From NCBI GenBank assembly GCA_963753345.1, contig CAVWBU010000041.1, positions 128,001-192,000 of the forward strand: a DNA stretch of 64,000 nucleotides, written 5' to 3'. The stretch comes from an uncultured Fibrobacterota bacterium (GTDB taxonomy: Bacteria; Fibrobacterota; Chitinivibrionia; Chitinivibrionales; FEN-1185). Shown here in pieces: positions 10,903-22,583 of this stretch. Position 1 is the first letter of the stretch; the number at the start of each line of letters is the position of its first letter. The translations under genes and the position numbers were made by a program. The notes below the pieces were generated by a model. It did not search any database and was not told the DNA's origin. It saw nothing but the letters and a program-made list of their open reading frames with translations.

Positions 10903-11245
10903 GATGCGTCCCGATAACGTTGCGCTATCCGTCCGCAACGCCGTGGGTTTGTGCATCGGCGCCCGCGATGCCGTGACCAAACGAGGTATGGTATTCGCCG
11001 GAACATTCCCGCCCCGGCTACCGACAATGGCCAAAGCGTTCTTCGGCTCTTCTCTCCTGCCAACGGTTATCCGGCAAATCGCATACCTCTCAACAACCCA
11101 AGCAATAGCTTCCCCAACCGAATAGTATTTTCTTTTTTCATGAAGTGCATGAATTGTGATCTACGTCACATCCAGGTTTAGGGCTGCGTTTTATTTTTAT
11201 GCAAGTAACTATTTGTCATCTCACTTTTCCGGGAGATCGGGTATT

Positions 11246-14200
11246 ATGATTCTCAAAAGTCGTCTGTTCCATTCCGTTGTCGCATACGCCGCCCTTGCCC
11301 TGCTCACCTGCACCAGCCAGGAAAACCCATTCAAGCCGCAGGACGCAAGAATCAATCTTGTCGTCGAGAACTCATCTCACCATATTGACACCCTCACCGT
11401 AACCGACACCGTTGGAAACCGGGTGCGGATCGGCATGAGCGCCTATCTTCCCTCTTACATCAGCCTTGTGACGGTCACCGTTACCAGGGGAACCACCGAA
11501 ACGGACACGACCACTACCTTTAACAACGCCTTCGCCTGGACCGATACCCAGTGGATCGATCTTGCCTTCAATTCCGCCGGCACGAAAACCGTAACGGTTG
11601 ATGTTTCCCTGCAAGGCGCTCCGAACAAAACATACACCGCGACCATCACCATTGTCGGCAAGACCGTCAATCACAAGCCATTGCTCAGTGTTTCCGGCGT
11701 GCGGAACATCGTGAGCGCCCAAGCCTGTTCCCTTTCGCTTTCCGCAACAGACCCGGATTCCGGCCAGACGCTTACCTATGCAATGATCAAGGGTCCGCAG
11801 GGTGCGACCCTCACCGGCACCGTTTTCAGGTGGACCGCTCCGGCAGCATTTACGGGCATAGACACGGTACTATTCACCGCCACCGACAACGGCACTCCGG
11901 CAATGTCCGACACGCAGAAGGTGATTATAACAGTCAGCTCGCAGATAATTGCACCTGCCCAGGTCCAGGGCGTTGTGACTGTATCAAAAGTTAACGGCTA
12001 TTTCGTCCTCTCGTGGAACAAGGTTTCCAACGCGGATTCGTATAACATATTCCGCTCTGCAGATACCGTTGCCGCAGACTTCCAGAAGGTCGGCAGCACA
12101 TCGGATTCGCTGTTTGGCGATTCCGTCAAGACAGGCAATTACTACTATTATGTGGTAACTGTCAACACAGCAGGAACATCTCCGGCGTCGGCGATGATCT
12201 TTTCCGGTTCGATTAAGACACCGCCGGTCATCATGGTGCCAACTGTCGACACCACGGTGTCCCAGGGCAAGACCCTCAGCTTCATCGTGACAATCATTGC
12301 TTCCGCTCAGGACACGGTAGTGCTGGGCGCAACGGATATTTCAGGCGCAAAACCGCCGGATTCCGCGACATTCACTCCGAAGACCGGACTTTTCACCTGG
12401 ACCCCCACGTTTGGTGAATTGGGATTGTATAGAATCGTTTTCACCGCAACCGACGGGAATCTGGTTGTCAAAGACACGGTGAAGATTACCGTAATCAAGA
12501 CCGACCGTCCTCCGGTGGTGCAGGCGCAATCGATAAACACGGGCACAAACCAGGCAATTACGGTTTCCCTGGTTGCAAGCGATCCGGACAACGATCCCAT
12601 CACGCAATGGCAGGTGACCCAGAAACCGTCCAATGGAACGGCGACGCTTGCCGACTCCACAAAAGGCAGCGTGGTGTACACGCCGAATGCCGGTTTTGCC
12701 GGCGTGGACACATTCGCGGTAAAGGCCTTCGACGGCACTTTGTGGAGCGCTGGCGTCGGCGAACGTGATTGTCACCGTAAGTTCGATCAAGGTTGCCCCA
12801 AAAATCCAAACGCAGCCCCGGCCGGACACTACCGTAAGTCAAGGAGGATCGGTCGCGTTCACCGTCGGGATAAACAACGCCTCTCCGACGCCCACGTTTA
12901 TCTGGTATCAGGGGACAAAGGGAAGCGGGACGGTAAAAGATTCAAGCACCAATCCGTTATACCAGAAGACAGGCGTGACCGCCGCAGACTCGGGAAATTA
13001 TTACGTGATTGTGGTGAATTCCTCCGGCGCCGATACGTCGGCATACGCGCACCTGAACGTGAATGTGCCGCCATCCGCGCCGACGCTGTCGTCGCCGGCA
13101 AATAGCGCAACGGGAATAGCCGTGAGTCCCACGCTGACGTGGAATGCCGTAACCGGCGCAGTCACCTACCGGGTCCAGGTTTCAACGGCATCCGATTTTT
13201 CAACCGGCATTGTTGTTGATGATTCAACATTGACGGCCGCGTCGAAAGCACTGAGCTCCCTTACCAACAGCACGCTGTACTTCTGGCGGGTGAATGCCAA
13301 GAATGCTGGCGGCTCAAGCGCATGGTCTACAGCCTTTAGCTTTACTACAATTGTCGCAGCGTCCGGAGTACCGGTACTTTCAGCACCTGCCAATGGCGCC
13401 ACCGGCATTGCGGTAAACCCGACGCTGACATGGGGCGCAGTGACCGGCGCCATCACCTACCGGGTCCAGGTTTCAACGGCATCCGACTTTTCAACCGGCA
13501 TTGTTGTTGATGATTCAACGTTGACAACAGCGTCGAAAGCCCTGAGCTCCCTTGCGAACAGCACGCTGTACTTCTGGCGGGTGAATGCAAAGAATTCGGG
13601 CGGAACGAGTGCATGGTCTACGGCATTTAGCTTTACTACAATTGTTGCTGCGCCTGCAGTGCCCGTGCTTTCGGCTCCGGTAAACAATGCCACCGGAGTT
13701 GCCGTAAATCAGACATTATCGTGGGCCGCCGTGAGCGGCGCCGCCACCTACCGGGTCCAGGTTTCAACCGCATCCGACTTTTCAACCGGCATTGTTGTTG
13801 ATGATTCAACCTTGACGGCCGCATCAAAAGCCCTGAACTCCCTCACGAATAGCACCGTGTACTACTGGCGCGTGAATGCCAAGAATGCCGGCGGAACGAG
13901 CGCATGGTCTACGGCATTTTCATTTACCACTGTTGTTGCAGTATCCGGTGTGCCTGTTAATATGAACCCGGCCAACAGCGCCACCGGGGTGGCGGTAAAT
14001 CCGACCCTTACGTGGAGCGCCGTGACGGGCGCGGTCACCTACCGGGTCCAGGTTTCAACAGCATCCGATTTCTCAACCGGAATTGTTGTTGATGATTCCA
14101 CGTTGACAACAGCGTCGAAAGCCCTGAGCTCCCTCGCGAATAGCACCGTGTACTACTGGCATGTGAATGCCAAGAATGCCGGCGGAACGAGCGCATGGTC

Positions 14201-15849
14201 AACGGCGTCCAGCTTTACCACAATTGTCGCTCCGCCGGGAGTGCCTGTACTTTCGGCCCCGGCAAATAATGCGACAGGTATTACAGTGAGTCCGACATTG
14301 ACATGGAATGCCGTGACCGGCGCGGCCACCTACCGGGTCCAGGTTTCAACCGCGTCCGATTTCTCAACCGGCATTGTTGTTGATGATTCCACGTTGACGG
14401 CCGCGTCAAAGGCCGTCGGCACGCTGTCCAATGCAACGAAATATTATTGGCGTGTCAATGCAAAGAACGCGGGCGGCACAAGTTCATGGGCTTCTTCCAG
14501 TTTTACGACAATCGTGAAATTCGCCCTTTCAATAACGGCAACAAACGGGACCGTGACGCCAAACCCCGCCGGGTCTCCGTATGATTCGGGAACGGCCGTA
14601 TCACTGACGCCGGCTTCGGCCACCGGTTATCAGTTCACGGGGTGGAGCGGTGATTTGACCGGCACGGCAAACCCGGGATCAATTACGATGAACAGCGCAA
14701 AGAGTATAACCGCAAATTTTGCGAAAATCACCTATCAGCTAACGGTAAGCCCTGGAGCCGGCGGGTCAATCACAGCGCCTTCGACGCCGACGGTGACCGT
14801 AAATTATGGCGATCAGACAACCATTACGGCGACACCGAGCACGGGGTATAAGTTTGTGAACTGGACCGTCACTGCGGGAACAGGGGCAACAATTGCCAGT
14901 CCGACGTCCGCATCAACCACGGTATCCCTTACCTCAGGGCCTGCAACGGTGACGGCGAATTTCCAGGCATTGGCGTGTTCGTGGACAGGGGTGAACGATT
15001 TTAGCATTACACATAATACGCCCTTTTCAATTGCCACTTGCGGGGACACGGTGGATGTGGGACTCCAGAAAAATGGAGTTTCTCAATCACGGATAATGGA
15101 ACAACGTGGCCGGCTAATGGAGGAGCTTTTGGACCGCGCTCATTCTATGTAATTGCTCTTTCCCAGTATGGAAATCTTACTCTTGCAGGAACAGATGGCT
15201 TAACTACCCTCCAGGAGGCATTTATTCTACAACAGACAATGGAAACAATGGGAACATTGGAATCCGATACCTTCGTAGTCCTGCTCGTCAACACATTTTA
15301 CAATAATGGATACCATTTATGCAGGGACCAGCATTGGTATCCTTTTTTCCACCGTAACGGGCAAGACTGGGCTATCGGAACAAGCTTCCACCACTTTGAC
15401 GGGAAGTGTAAGCGCCATCATGGTTGTCGGTACGGGTATTTACGCAACGTCAAATGGAACACTCTATTATCGTCTGCTTAGTGGATATACATGGTCATCT
15501 GTCTCAGGCGCACCAAGCGGTATTATATCATTGTTCATGTGTGGAGGTACGCTGTTTGCCGGGACAAACTCAGGCATTTACATGCACGACAATAGCACCG
15601 GCAACTGGATCGCTGCAGCAAATTCCGGGCTCGCCACCGGCGTGTTAGTTATGCCGTAAGCGGAAACGAAATTTTTGCCGGAACTGGTCAAATGGAGTAT
15701 TCTGTCTCAACTGACAATGGTGCACATTGGATTGCGGTAAATGGAGGACTGCCGTCCGGCGGATCAACGGCGCGGCCGGAATTGCGTCAAACAGCAAATC
15801 GGTCTTTATAATTTCAGACCAGGCTGTCTACGAATCGCCGCTTCCATAA
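11246..15849 (+). CDS. Large surface lipoprotein: cadherin/Ig-like domains, five Fn3-like repeats, InlB-B-like repeats and a C-terminal beta-propeller-like region; several frameshifts
   Basis: Lipobox-like LLTC; ATDPDSGQTLTY and DPDNDP Ig motifs. Frame change at ~12750, several more at ~15050-15800. Reconstructed end is VYESPLP* (TAA 15847-15849). Confidence 0.75.
13068..14515 (+). repeat. Five intragenic 291-bp (97-aa) Fn3-like tandem repeats
   Basis: TACCGGGTCCAGGTTTCAAC recurs at 13167, 13458, 13749, 14040 and 14331; YRVQVSTASDFSTGIVVDDSTLT is identical in all five. Confidence 0.95.
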
Positions 15850-15931
15850 AGAGAAGGCCGAGAAACCGATGCAATTTCTCCAATTGTGGATTAGCGCCCC
15901 GAATACCTCAACTTTTGCGGTATGAAACAAT

Positions 15932-15976
15932 AAAGAAAATCCCCGATTCTCTTCACGAGAACCGGGGATTTTTTTT
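15932..15976. terminator. Bidirectional intrinsic terminator
   Basis: AAAATCCCCGATTCTC-TTCAC-GAGAACCGGGGATTTT with A and T tracts, between convergent genes. Confidence 0.8.
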
Positions 15977-16024
15977 ACAAATCTTCAAACTACATCCGGT
16001 CTTTTTTCTCCGACGCTCGCAGCC

Positions 16025-17550
16025 TCAATACCCTACCGCAAGCTCCAGCCACGAAACACTGCCATGCTCTATATATGAAGACCAATTCGCATAATCATCG
16101 TACGGAAATCCGTAACATTTTCTGTCAAATGCACGCCTGTGCAAAAAATATGAATAGAAATTGCATGGGGTAGCTTTATAATGATAGTTCCAATCCGCCT
16201 GTTGTGCGGTTGTCAACCCGATCACATGCCTGTTGCGAGGCGGCGGAAGGCTGCGGTCCAAGATCAGCATTATATGGGTTGGCCCATAACTGCCCCAGTA
16301 ATTGACATATGTTCCGCCAGCGCCGAATCCGCCGGAGTTGTGTCTCCGCCGGGATTGGGGATCCGGTACGGGGCCTTGACTGTTGCAAGGTGCGTAAATT
16401 CCCCGGGCACCTCATTCTTAAATTCATCAAAAAACGACTGGCGCGTCTGGTAATAGACATGAGGGACTTCACCGCGACAGGTGTCAAAACCATCCGTGCA
16501 GTGCAGCCGGTATGCGATCGGAATCCGAAGGCGTCGACACGTGTGGTATTGCCATGAAACCATAGTCCGCGCCGACCGTTTGTATGCTCTTCAAAATCCC
16601 AAACATGGTTCGAGTCCTGGCCGGTAACCGCCGGAGGTCGCCGGCTTATACCCAACCATTATGTAAAGCCTGCCCGACGCACTGGTAGTGAAATCAACCG
16701 TATTTTGATCGCTGAGCCGAAATGGAACACCGCCATCCCCTATGGCCAAGTAAATCATGCTGTCCGGAATCAGGCCATTCGTCCTGTTGATGACCGTATA
16801 CCAAATTGTCCGGCCTCCTTCTTCACATGGGCCGTGTCCCAGAACGCGTCGGTGTCGCCGTTGAAGGTGTGATTTTTTGTCAACACGAAATCGAATTTGC
16901 CCTGCCAGCGTCTGTATCGGCGTTACGCCGAGCGTATAGCCGGGCTCGGTGGCATGCAGCGTGTCCACCACGGCCGCGAGTTTTTCCAACCGGGTCTGGA
17001 ATTCGGGCGCGTTTTGAACAACAGCGCCTGCCGAACGGCGCGACGCGGCTGGAGCATCAAAACGGGCGAACGCCGTTGATGGTCACGCGGAGCATATAGA
17101 ACTGGGACGAAATGCCGCGCGTGTCAACCGACACCGGAATAATTGCCCTTGGACAGGGGTCTGTTCATCACGTCTCCCTACAAACCGGCCTGCAGATCGT
17201 ACATGCCCATTTTCACCTGAGCATTGTCCTGCGGCAGGCTGAAAAGCACTTGCCCGCCAATATATATCGGCTTCGAAAAGGCATCAGCCCTCATCATTTT
17301 GTCCTCTGTGTAAACGTTGAACGTTACAGTCCCCGTTCCCAGCTTGTACTGACCGTTGGCATCGGTTGTGGTATAGTATGGGTCATTGCCCCAAGCATCG
17401 CTAAATCTTGTCTGGCCCAGTCTGACCAGAGTGTTGGTCAAAGGTTTGCCGTTCTCGATCCGTGACTTTTCCGCAGAGGTTGACAGTCTGGGAAAAAACC
17501 GTTCCGGCAAGAAACGCCACTACCAGAAAACTAAAAGCTGCTTTTTTCAT
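16025..17550 (-). pseudogene. GH64-like beta-1,3-glucanase paralog 4; heavily frameshifted (pseudogene or sequencing errors)
   Basis: Fragments GKPLTNTLVRLGQT, EKLAAVVDTLHATEPGY, DFEEHTN..GNTTRVD and CYGFPYDDYANWSSYIEH fall in several frames, collinear with the intact paralogs. Confidence 0.8.
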
Positions 17551-17638
17551 TTCTCTCCCCCTTTTTTTTAAAGTAAAGAGGCTGCCTCACACTTTAAAGA
17601 AATATAAAGCAGCCCCCTAGAGTACTAATTAAAAAATT

Positions 17639-19172
17639 CTAATATCCTACAGCAAGGATAAGCCACGACACATTGCCATGCTCTATATACGACGACCAAT
17701 TATTGTAATCATCGAACGGAAAAGCATAACATTTGCTGTCATATGCGCGGCGATGCAAAAAATTCGCATAAAAATCACATGGCGTGGCCTTGTAGAAGTT
17801 ATTTCCATCGGCCTGCTGAGCTGTTGTCATTTCAAGAACATGTCTATGAGCATTACCTTCGGTTTTGGGCCCACCAAGATTACTCAAATATCCTGGATTT
17901 ACAGGAGCGCCGAAAGCTTGCAGGTATTTATCGGAGTAGTGTGCATATGTTCCGTTGGATGCCAACGCTGTGCCGGGATAGCCGGGATGCGGAATCTTCA
18001 TGAGAGTGCTAAGTTGGGCAAGGTCGGTAAATTCCTGAGGTACTTCATTCATAAACTCATCGAAAAACGACTGGCGCGACTGGTAAAGACATGAGGGAAT
18101 TCACCGCGGCAGGTATCAAAGCCATCCGTGCAATGCAACCGGTATGCTATGGGAGTACCAAAAGCGTCTACACGGGTGGTATTGCCATGAAACCAGCCGC
18201 CGCCGTTCGTGTGCTCTTCGAAATCCCAAACCTGGTTCGCCGGCCTGTAGCCCGGTGGTAGCCGGCTTGTACCCAACCATTATGTAAAGCCTGCCCGATG
18301 CGCTGGTCGCTGAAATCAACCGTATTTTGATCGCTCAGCCGAAACGGAACACCGCCATCCCCTATTGCCAGGTAAATCATGCTGTCCGGAAACTGGCCAT
18401 TCGTCCTGTTGAGAACCGTGTACCAAAAGTGTCCGGCCTGTTTCTTTACATTGGCCGTATCCCAGAACGCGTCGGTGTCGCCATTGAAGGTGTGATTCTT
18501 TGTCAACGTAAAATCGACCTGTCCCGCCAGCGTCTGAATCGTCGTCACGCCGAGCGTATAGCCGGGTTCAGTGGCATGCAGCGTGTCGACCACAGCCGCG
18601 AGCTTTTCCAGGCGCGCCTGGAATTCGGAAGCGTTCCGGGAGACAGAGGCGGTTGCACCGCGCGCCTGCGGCTGCAGAAGCATCGCGGTGGATGTGCCGT
18701 TTATGCTTACGCGGAGCATGTAGAACTGGGACGAAATGCCGCGCGTGTCAATCGATGCGGAGTAATTTCCGGTTGACTTGGTGCAGTTCAACACATTTTC
18801 CACGAACCGTCCTGCAAGGTCGTAGAGGCTCATCTTCACCGACGCGTTGTCCTGAGGCACGCTAAACAGCACTTTTCCGCCGACATACATCGGCTTCGAA
18901 AACGCATCCCCGCTCAGCAGCGTGCTCTGCGGGATGACGTTTACGGTACACGTCCCCGATCCCAACTGGTAATGGCCGTTGGCGTCGGTCGTGGTGTAGT
19001 ACGGTTCATTGCCGTACGCATCGGTAAACCTTGTCTGGCCCAGCCTGACCAGCGTGTTGGTCAAAGGCTTTCCGCCCTGATCAGTTACGATTCCGCAGAG
19101 GTTGACGGTCTGGGAAAACACTGATCCGGCGACAAACGCCAGCAGCAGACCTGCCAATGATACTTTTCGCAT
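17639..19172 (-). CDS. GH64-like beta-1,3-glucanase paralog 3; about three frameshifts (~18310, ~18258, ~18087)
   Basis: Signal peptide MRKVSLAGLLL; nested N-terminal module; WDFEEHTN..GNTTRVD; CYAFPFDD. Confidence 0.8.
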
Positions 19173-19285
19173 TTCTCCCTCCCCTTTTTTAGTGATAGGA
19201 ACTTTCGAAAAACAGGAAAAGGTTGTCGCGTCTTTCCAAAAAGGAAAAACGCGGCAACCCGGTATTGTTCGATGAAAAAGGACCC

Positions 19286-20854
19286 TTACCAGCCTATTGC
19301 AATGGCAAACCACTGGACGCCGCTGACGCCGCCCACAATTCCCGAGTACTTGTTACAATCGTCATCATAGGGGAATCCATATTCCATACCTTGCTCGGAC
19401 CGCAAATGGACCCACTTGGAAAAGTAGTTGCAGGGGGCATCCTGGTAAAACTTTGATGAGTCACACCATTGTGTCGATGCAAGAGTGCCGACATGCCTGT
19501 TCATGTTGCCGCCCCAGGTTGCGCTGTTGCCATAAGGCCCTGCACACGCAAAAATGTTCCAAGCGGTCGTTTTGGCAGGCACACCCGTATTATGAGCAAT
19601 ACACGAGTCCTGATAACGGTCGAAATAGCTCACGTAAGGCCCACCAGTGTTAAAAAGGGTGGGGCCTGTCCGTTCTATCATGTGGGGCGCATAAATATTG
19701 GCGAAGTCTGCCGTGGCGAGCTTCGTGAATTCCTTTGGCACCTCGTTTATAAACTCGTCAAACTTCGCTTTGCGCGGTTGGAAAAACATCTCGTACAGGT
19801 CACCGCGATCCGTATTTTTGCCTGTGGCAAAATGGATTCTAAACATTATCGGTAGTCTCCATCCGTCTACCCGGGTTAGGTTGTTGCCGTTAATAGTTCC
19901 GTCCCCGACGGCTTCTTCGACCCACTCCATGTATCTTGAGTTGGAGTCGTTGGGGGCGATAAAGATGTAGAATCTCCCTCCGCCGCTAACCGTGACGGTG
20001 CGCTGTTTGTCAAGCCTGGTTTTTGCTCCATTTTGGCTTAGGGCCCAATAGATCTGGCTGTCCGGCCAGACGCCGTTGGTCCTGTTCAGGACAACGTAGG
20101 TAACTCCTCCAGTCGCCACCGGGTACCCGCTCCCCCAGAAGGCATTCGTGTCGCCGTTCCACGTGGTATTCTTTGTCAATTTGAAATCGAATTGTCCGGA
20201 CAGCGCGGTTATCGGCGTGTCCGCGATGGCGTAGCCCGGCATAGTTGCACGAATGGTGTCCACCACTGCGGCAAGCTTCTCAAGCCGGGTCTGGAATTCG
20301 GGAGTATTCTCTACAACCGCACCACCTGCGTTGTGCATGGCTGGCTGCAACTTCAGTACGGTCGCCGCGCCGTTGATGGTTACGCGGAGCAGATAGAACT
20401 GCGAGGAAATGCCGCGCGTGTCCACCGACACCGAGTAATTGCCCTTTCCGAGGTTCCTGTTGAACACATCGCGCACAAACCTGCCTCCCATGTCGTACAG
20501 GCCCATTCTCACCAAGCCGCTACTCTGCGGCAGGCTGAACAGCACTTTCCCGCCCACGTACGCAGGCTTCGCAAATGCGTCGGCCCGCATGACCGTGGCC
20601 GGAATTATGGTATTTGTGATGCAGTTCCCCGTTCCCAATTGGTAATGTCCGGTTGCATCGGTTGATACTAGGTACGGCGCCTGGGCGTAATATCCATTGT
20701 CATACGTTGCCTGGCCCAACCTGACAACGGCATTGATGATCGGCTTTCCTGTCGCCCCATCAGTGACCAATCCGCAAAGGCCAACCGCCGCCTGTGCAAA
20801 AGCAAAACCAGTACAAACCGCCACCATCAAACACATCACTGCTGCTTTTTTCAT
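19286..20854 (-). CDS. GH64-like beta-1,3-glucanase paralog 2 (intact)
   Basis: Signal peptide; EWVEE..NNLTRVD; APCNYFSKWVH..EYGFPYDD, typical of the GH64 C-terminus. Confidence 0.85.
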   Translation of the reverse strand: MKKAAVMCLMVAVCTGFAFAQAAVGLCGLVTDGATGKPIINAVVRLGQATYDNGYYAQAPYLVSTDATGHYQLGTGNCITNTIIPATVMRADAFAKPAYVGGKVLFSLPQSSGLVRMGLYDMGGRFVRDVFNRNLGKGNYSVSVDTRGISSQFYLLRVTINGAATVLKLQPAMHNAGGAVVENTPEFQTRLEKLAAVVDTIRATMPGYAIADTPITALSGQFDFKLTKNTTWNGDTNAFWGSGYPVATGGVTYVVLNRTNGVWPDSQIYWALSQNGAKTRLDKQRTVTVSGGGRFYIFIAPNDSNSRYMEWVEEAVGDGTINGNNLTRVDGWRLPIMFRIHFATGKNTDRGDLYEMFFQPRKAKFDEFINEVPKEFTKLATADFANIYAPHMIERTGPTLFNTGGPYVSYFDRYQDSCIAHNTGVPAKTTAWNIFACAGPYGNSATWGGNMNRHVGTLASTQWCDSSKFYQDAPCNYFSKWVHLRSEQGMEYGFPYDDDCNKYSGIVGGVSGVQWFAIAIGW

Positions 20855-20973
20855 TTTCACCTTTCCCCCTTTTTGGTTTTTTAAAACTTCAGGCCAGCCG
20901 CAAGAGGCTGCCTCGCACTGCCGGTTCTCCGGGAAAGCGAGGTAACCTCGTTATTTCCGAACGCTTGATCCGC

Positions 20974-22527
20974 TTACCACCCTATAGCGATGGCCAACCA
21001 TTGGATATTGGATTGGCCCAAATACGCAGCATGGCCGCCGTCGTCGTCGTAAGGAAATCCGTAGCATTTGTTGTACAACGACCTGCGGTGGCACCAATAT
21101 GAAAAATAGTTGCACGGCGGCGCCTTGTAGTAGTTAGTGTCGTTGTACCAGTTCGCATTATTCGTGCCTTTCGGAAGCGTTCCGACGTGCCTGTTGACGG
21201 CGGCGGAATAATCAGGCGAGGCGCCCATTCCCGGCCCCGCACAGGCAAAAATGTTTACGGTAGACGATACGGCTTGCCCCGGGTTATCGGCGACAACCGA
21301 ATCCTCATACTTGGTGAAGTAATCCACATAGGGGCCGCCAGTGCCGAAAATGTTGACAGGCGAAGTATGGGGCGCCCAGATGTTGGCAAAATCATGGGTG
21401 GCAAGGCCGGTAAATTCCTTCGGCACCTCGTTCTTGAACTCGTCAAACTTTGCCTGGCGTGATTGATAGAATATTTCATAGGCATCGCCGAGTGCATTAT
21501 CCTGACCGTTAGAGCTATGAACCCGGAAGGTTATCGGGAGCCTCCACCCATCCACCCGGGTGGTATTACCAGCCCACGTACCGTTGTAATTGATTTCGAC
21601 GAAATCAAAATATCTGTTTCCAGAATCATTGGGAGCAACCCAAATGTAGAATCTTCCATTGCCGTTGGGGATCTGTAGCGTGGGGTTCGTGGCAATGGAG
21701 GTTTTTGCTCCGTTCTGCTGAATGCTCCAGAAAATCTTGCTGTCCGGGAACGCGCCGTTGGTCCTGTTCAGGATCACGTACGAGGCATTCGTCGGATAGG
21801 TGCTCGTGTTCCCCCAGAAGGCGGCCGTATCGCCGTTATACGTGGTGGTCTTTGTCAGTGTGAAGTCGTACTCCCCCGACAACGCCTGTATCGGCGTCAC
21901 GCCGATCGAGTAGAAAGGCTGGGTTGCATGCAGTGTGTCCACCACGGCCGCGAATTTTTCCAGCTTGGTCTGGAATGCGGGAACGTTTTGAGCAACGTTT
22001 ACGCCTTGAACGCGGGAAAGCGGCTGAAGCTTGAAAACGGATGACACGCCGTTGACGGTGAGGCGCAGCAGATAGAACTGGGACGAAAAAGTGCGGGTAT
22101 CTATCCGCACCCCGTAATTGCCCTTTGACAAACGACTGTTCATGATCTCTTTGACAAACCGTCCGGCCAGGTCATAGACGCCCATTTTCACCTGAAAATT
22201 GTCCTGCGGCAGACTGAAAAGGACCTGCCCGCCGATATAGCACGGCATCGAAAACGCACTTGATCTCACCACTCCATCTTCTTTAAAAACAGGAGTGCAA
22301 CCTCCACCCAGTCCCAGTAGGTAATACCCTAAACTGTTGGTTTTGGTGATGATCGCATTTTGCCCAAAACCGTTATCATAGGTCGTCTGGCCCAACCTTA
22401 CTATCGTGTTGGTCAGGGGGACTCCCTTATCGTCCTTGACATAACCGCAGATACTCACCGTCGTCTGGGAAAAAATAGACCCCGCGAACAACCCCACCAT
22501 CAAACACATCACTGCTGCTCTTTTCAT
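20974..22527 (-). CDS. GH64-like beta-1,3-glucanase paralog 1 (intact)
   Basis: GGAGG RBS, MKRAAVMCL signal peptide; FDFVEIN..GNTTRVD; AAVNRH; CYGFPYDD. Confidence 0.85.
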   Translation of the reverse strand: MKRAAVMCLMVGLFAGSIFSQTTVSICGYVKDDKGVPLTNTIVRLGQTTYDNGFGQNAIITKTNSLGYYLLGLGGGCTPVFKEDGVVRSSAFSMPCYIGGQVLFSLPQDNFQVKMGVYDLAGRFVKEIMNSRLSKGNYGVRIDTRTFSSQFYLLRLTVNGVSSVFKLQPLSRVQGVNVAQNVPAFQTKLEKFAAVVDTLHATQPFYSIGVTPIQALSGEYDFTLTKTTTYNGDTAAFWGNTSTYPTNASYVILNRTNGAFPDSKIFWSIQQNGAKTSIATNPTLQIPNGNGRFYIWVAPNDSGNRYFDFVEINYNGTWAGNTTRVDGWRLPITFRVHSSNGQDNALGDAYEIFYQSRQAKFDEFKNEVPKEFTGLATHDFANIWAPHTSPVNIFGTGGPYVDYFTKYEDSVVADNPGQAVSSTVNIFACAGPGMGASPDYSAAVNRHVGTLPKGTNNANWYNDTNYYKAPPCNYFSYWCHRRSLYNKCYGFPYDDDGGHAAYLGQSNIQWLAIAIGW

Positions 22528-22583
22528 TTTTATCCTCCCCCTTCTGATTGAGATGAACAAAACTCTTTGCCAATGTGAATCCG

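Noticed and set aside
10903-11245. Structured RNA or small CDS between the DUF2914 gene and the large lipoprotein
   Set aside because: Only one imperfect stem (CGTTGCG..CGCAACG), no second copy and no convincing ORF.
13068-14515. 291-bp repeats as a non-coding array or DGR template/variable repeats
   Set aside because: They are in-frame protein domain repeats, differences are not adenine-specific, and no reverse transcriptase is present.
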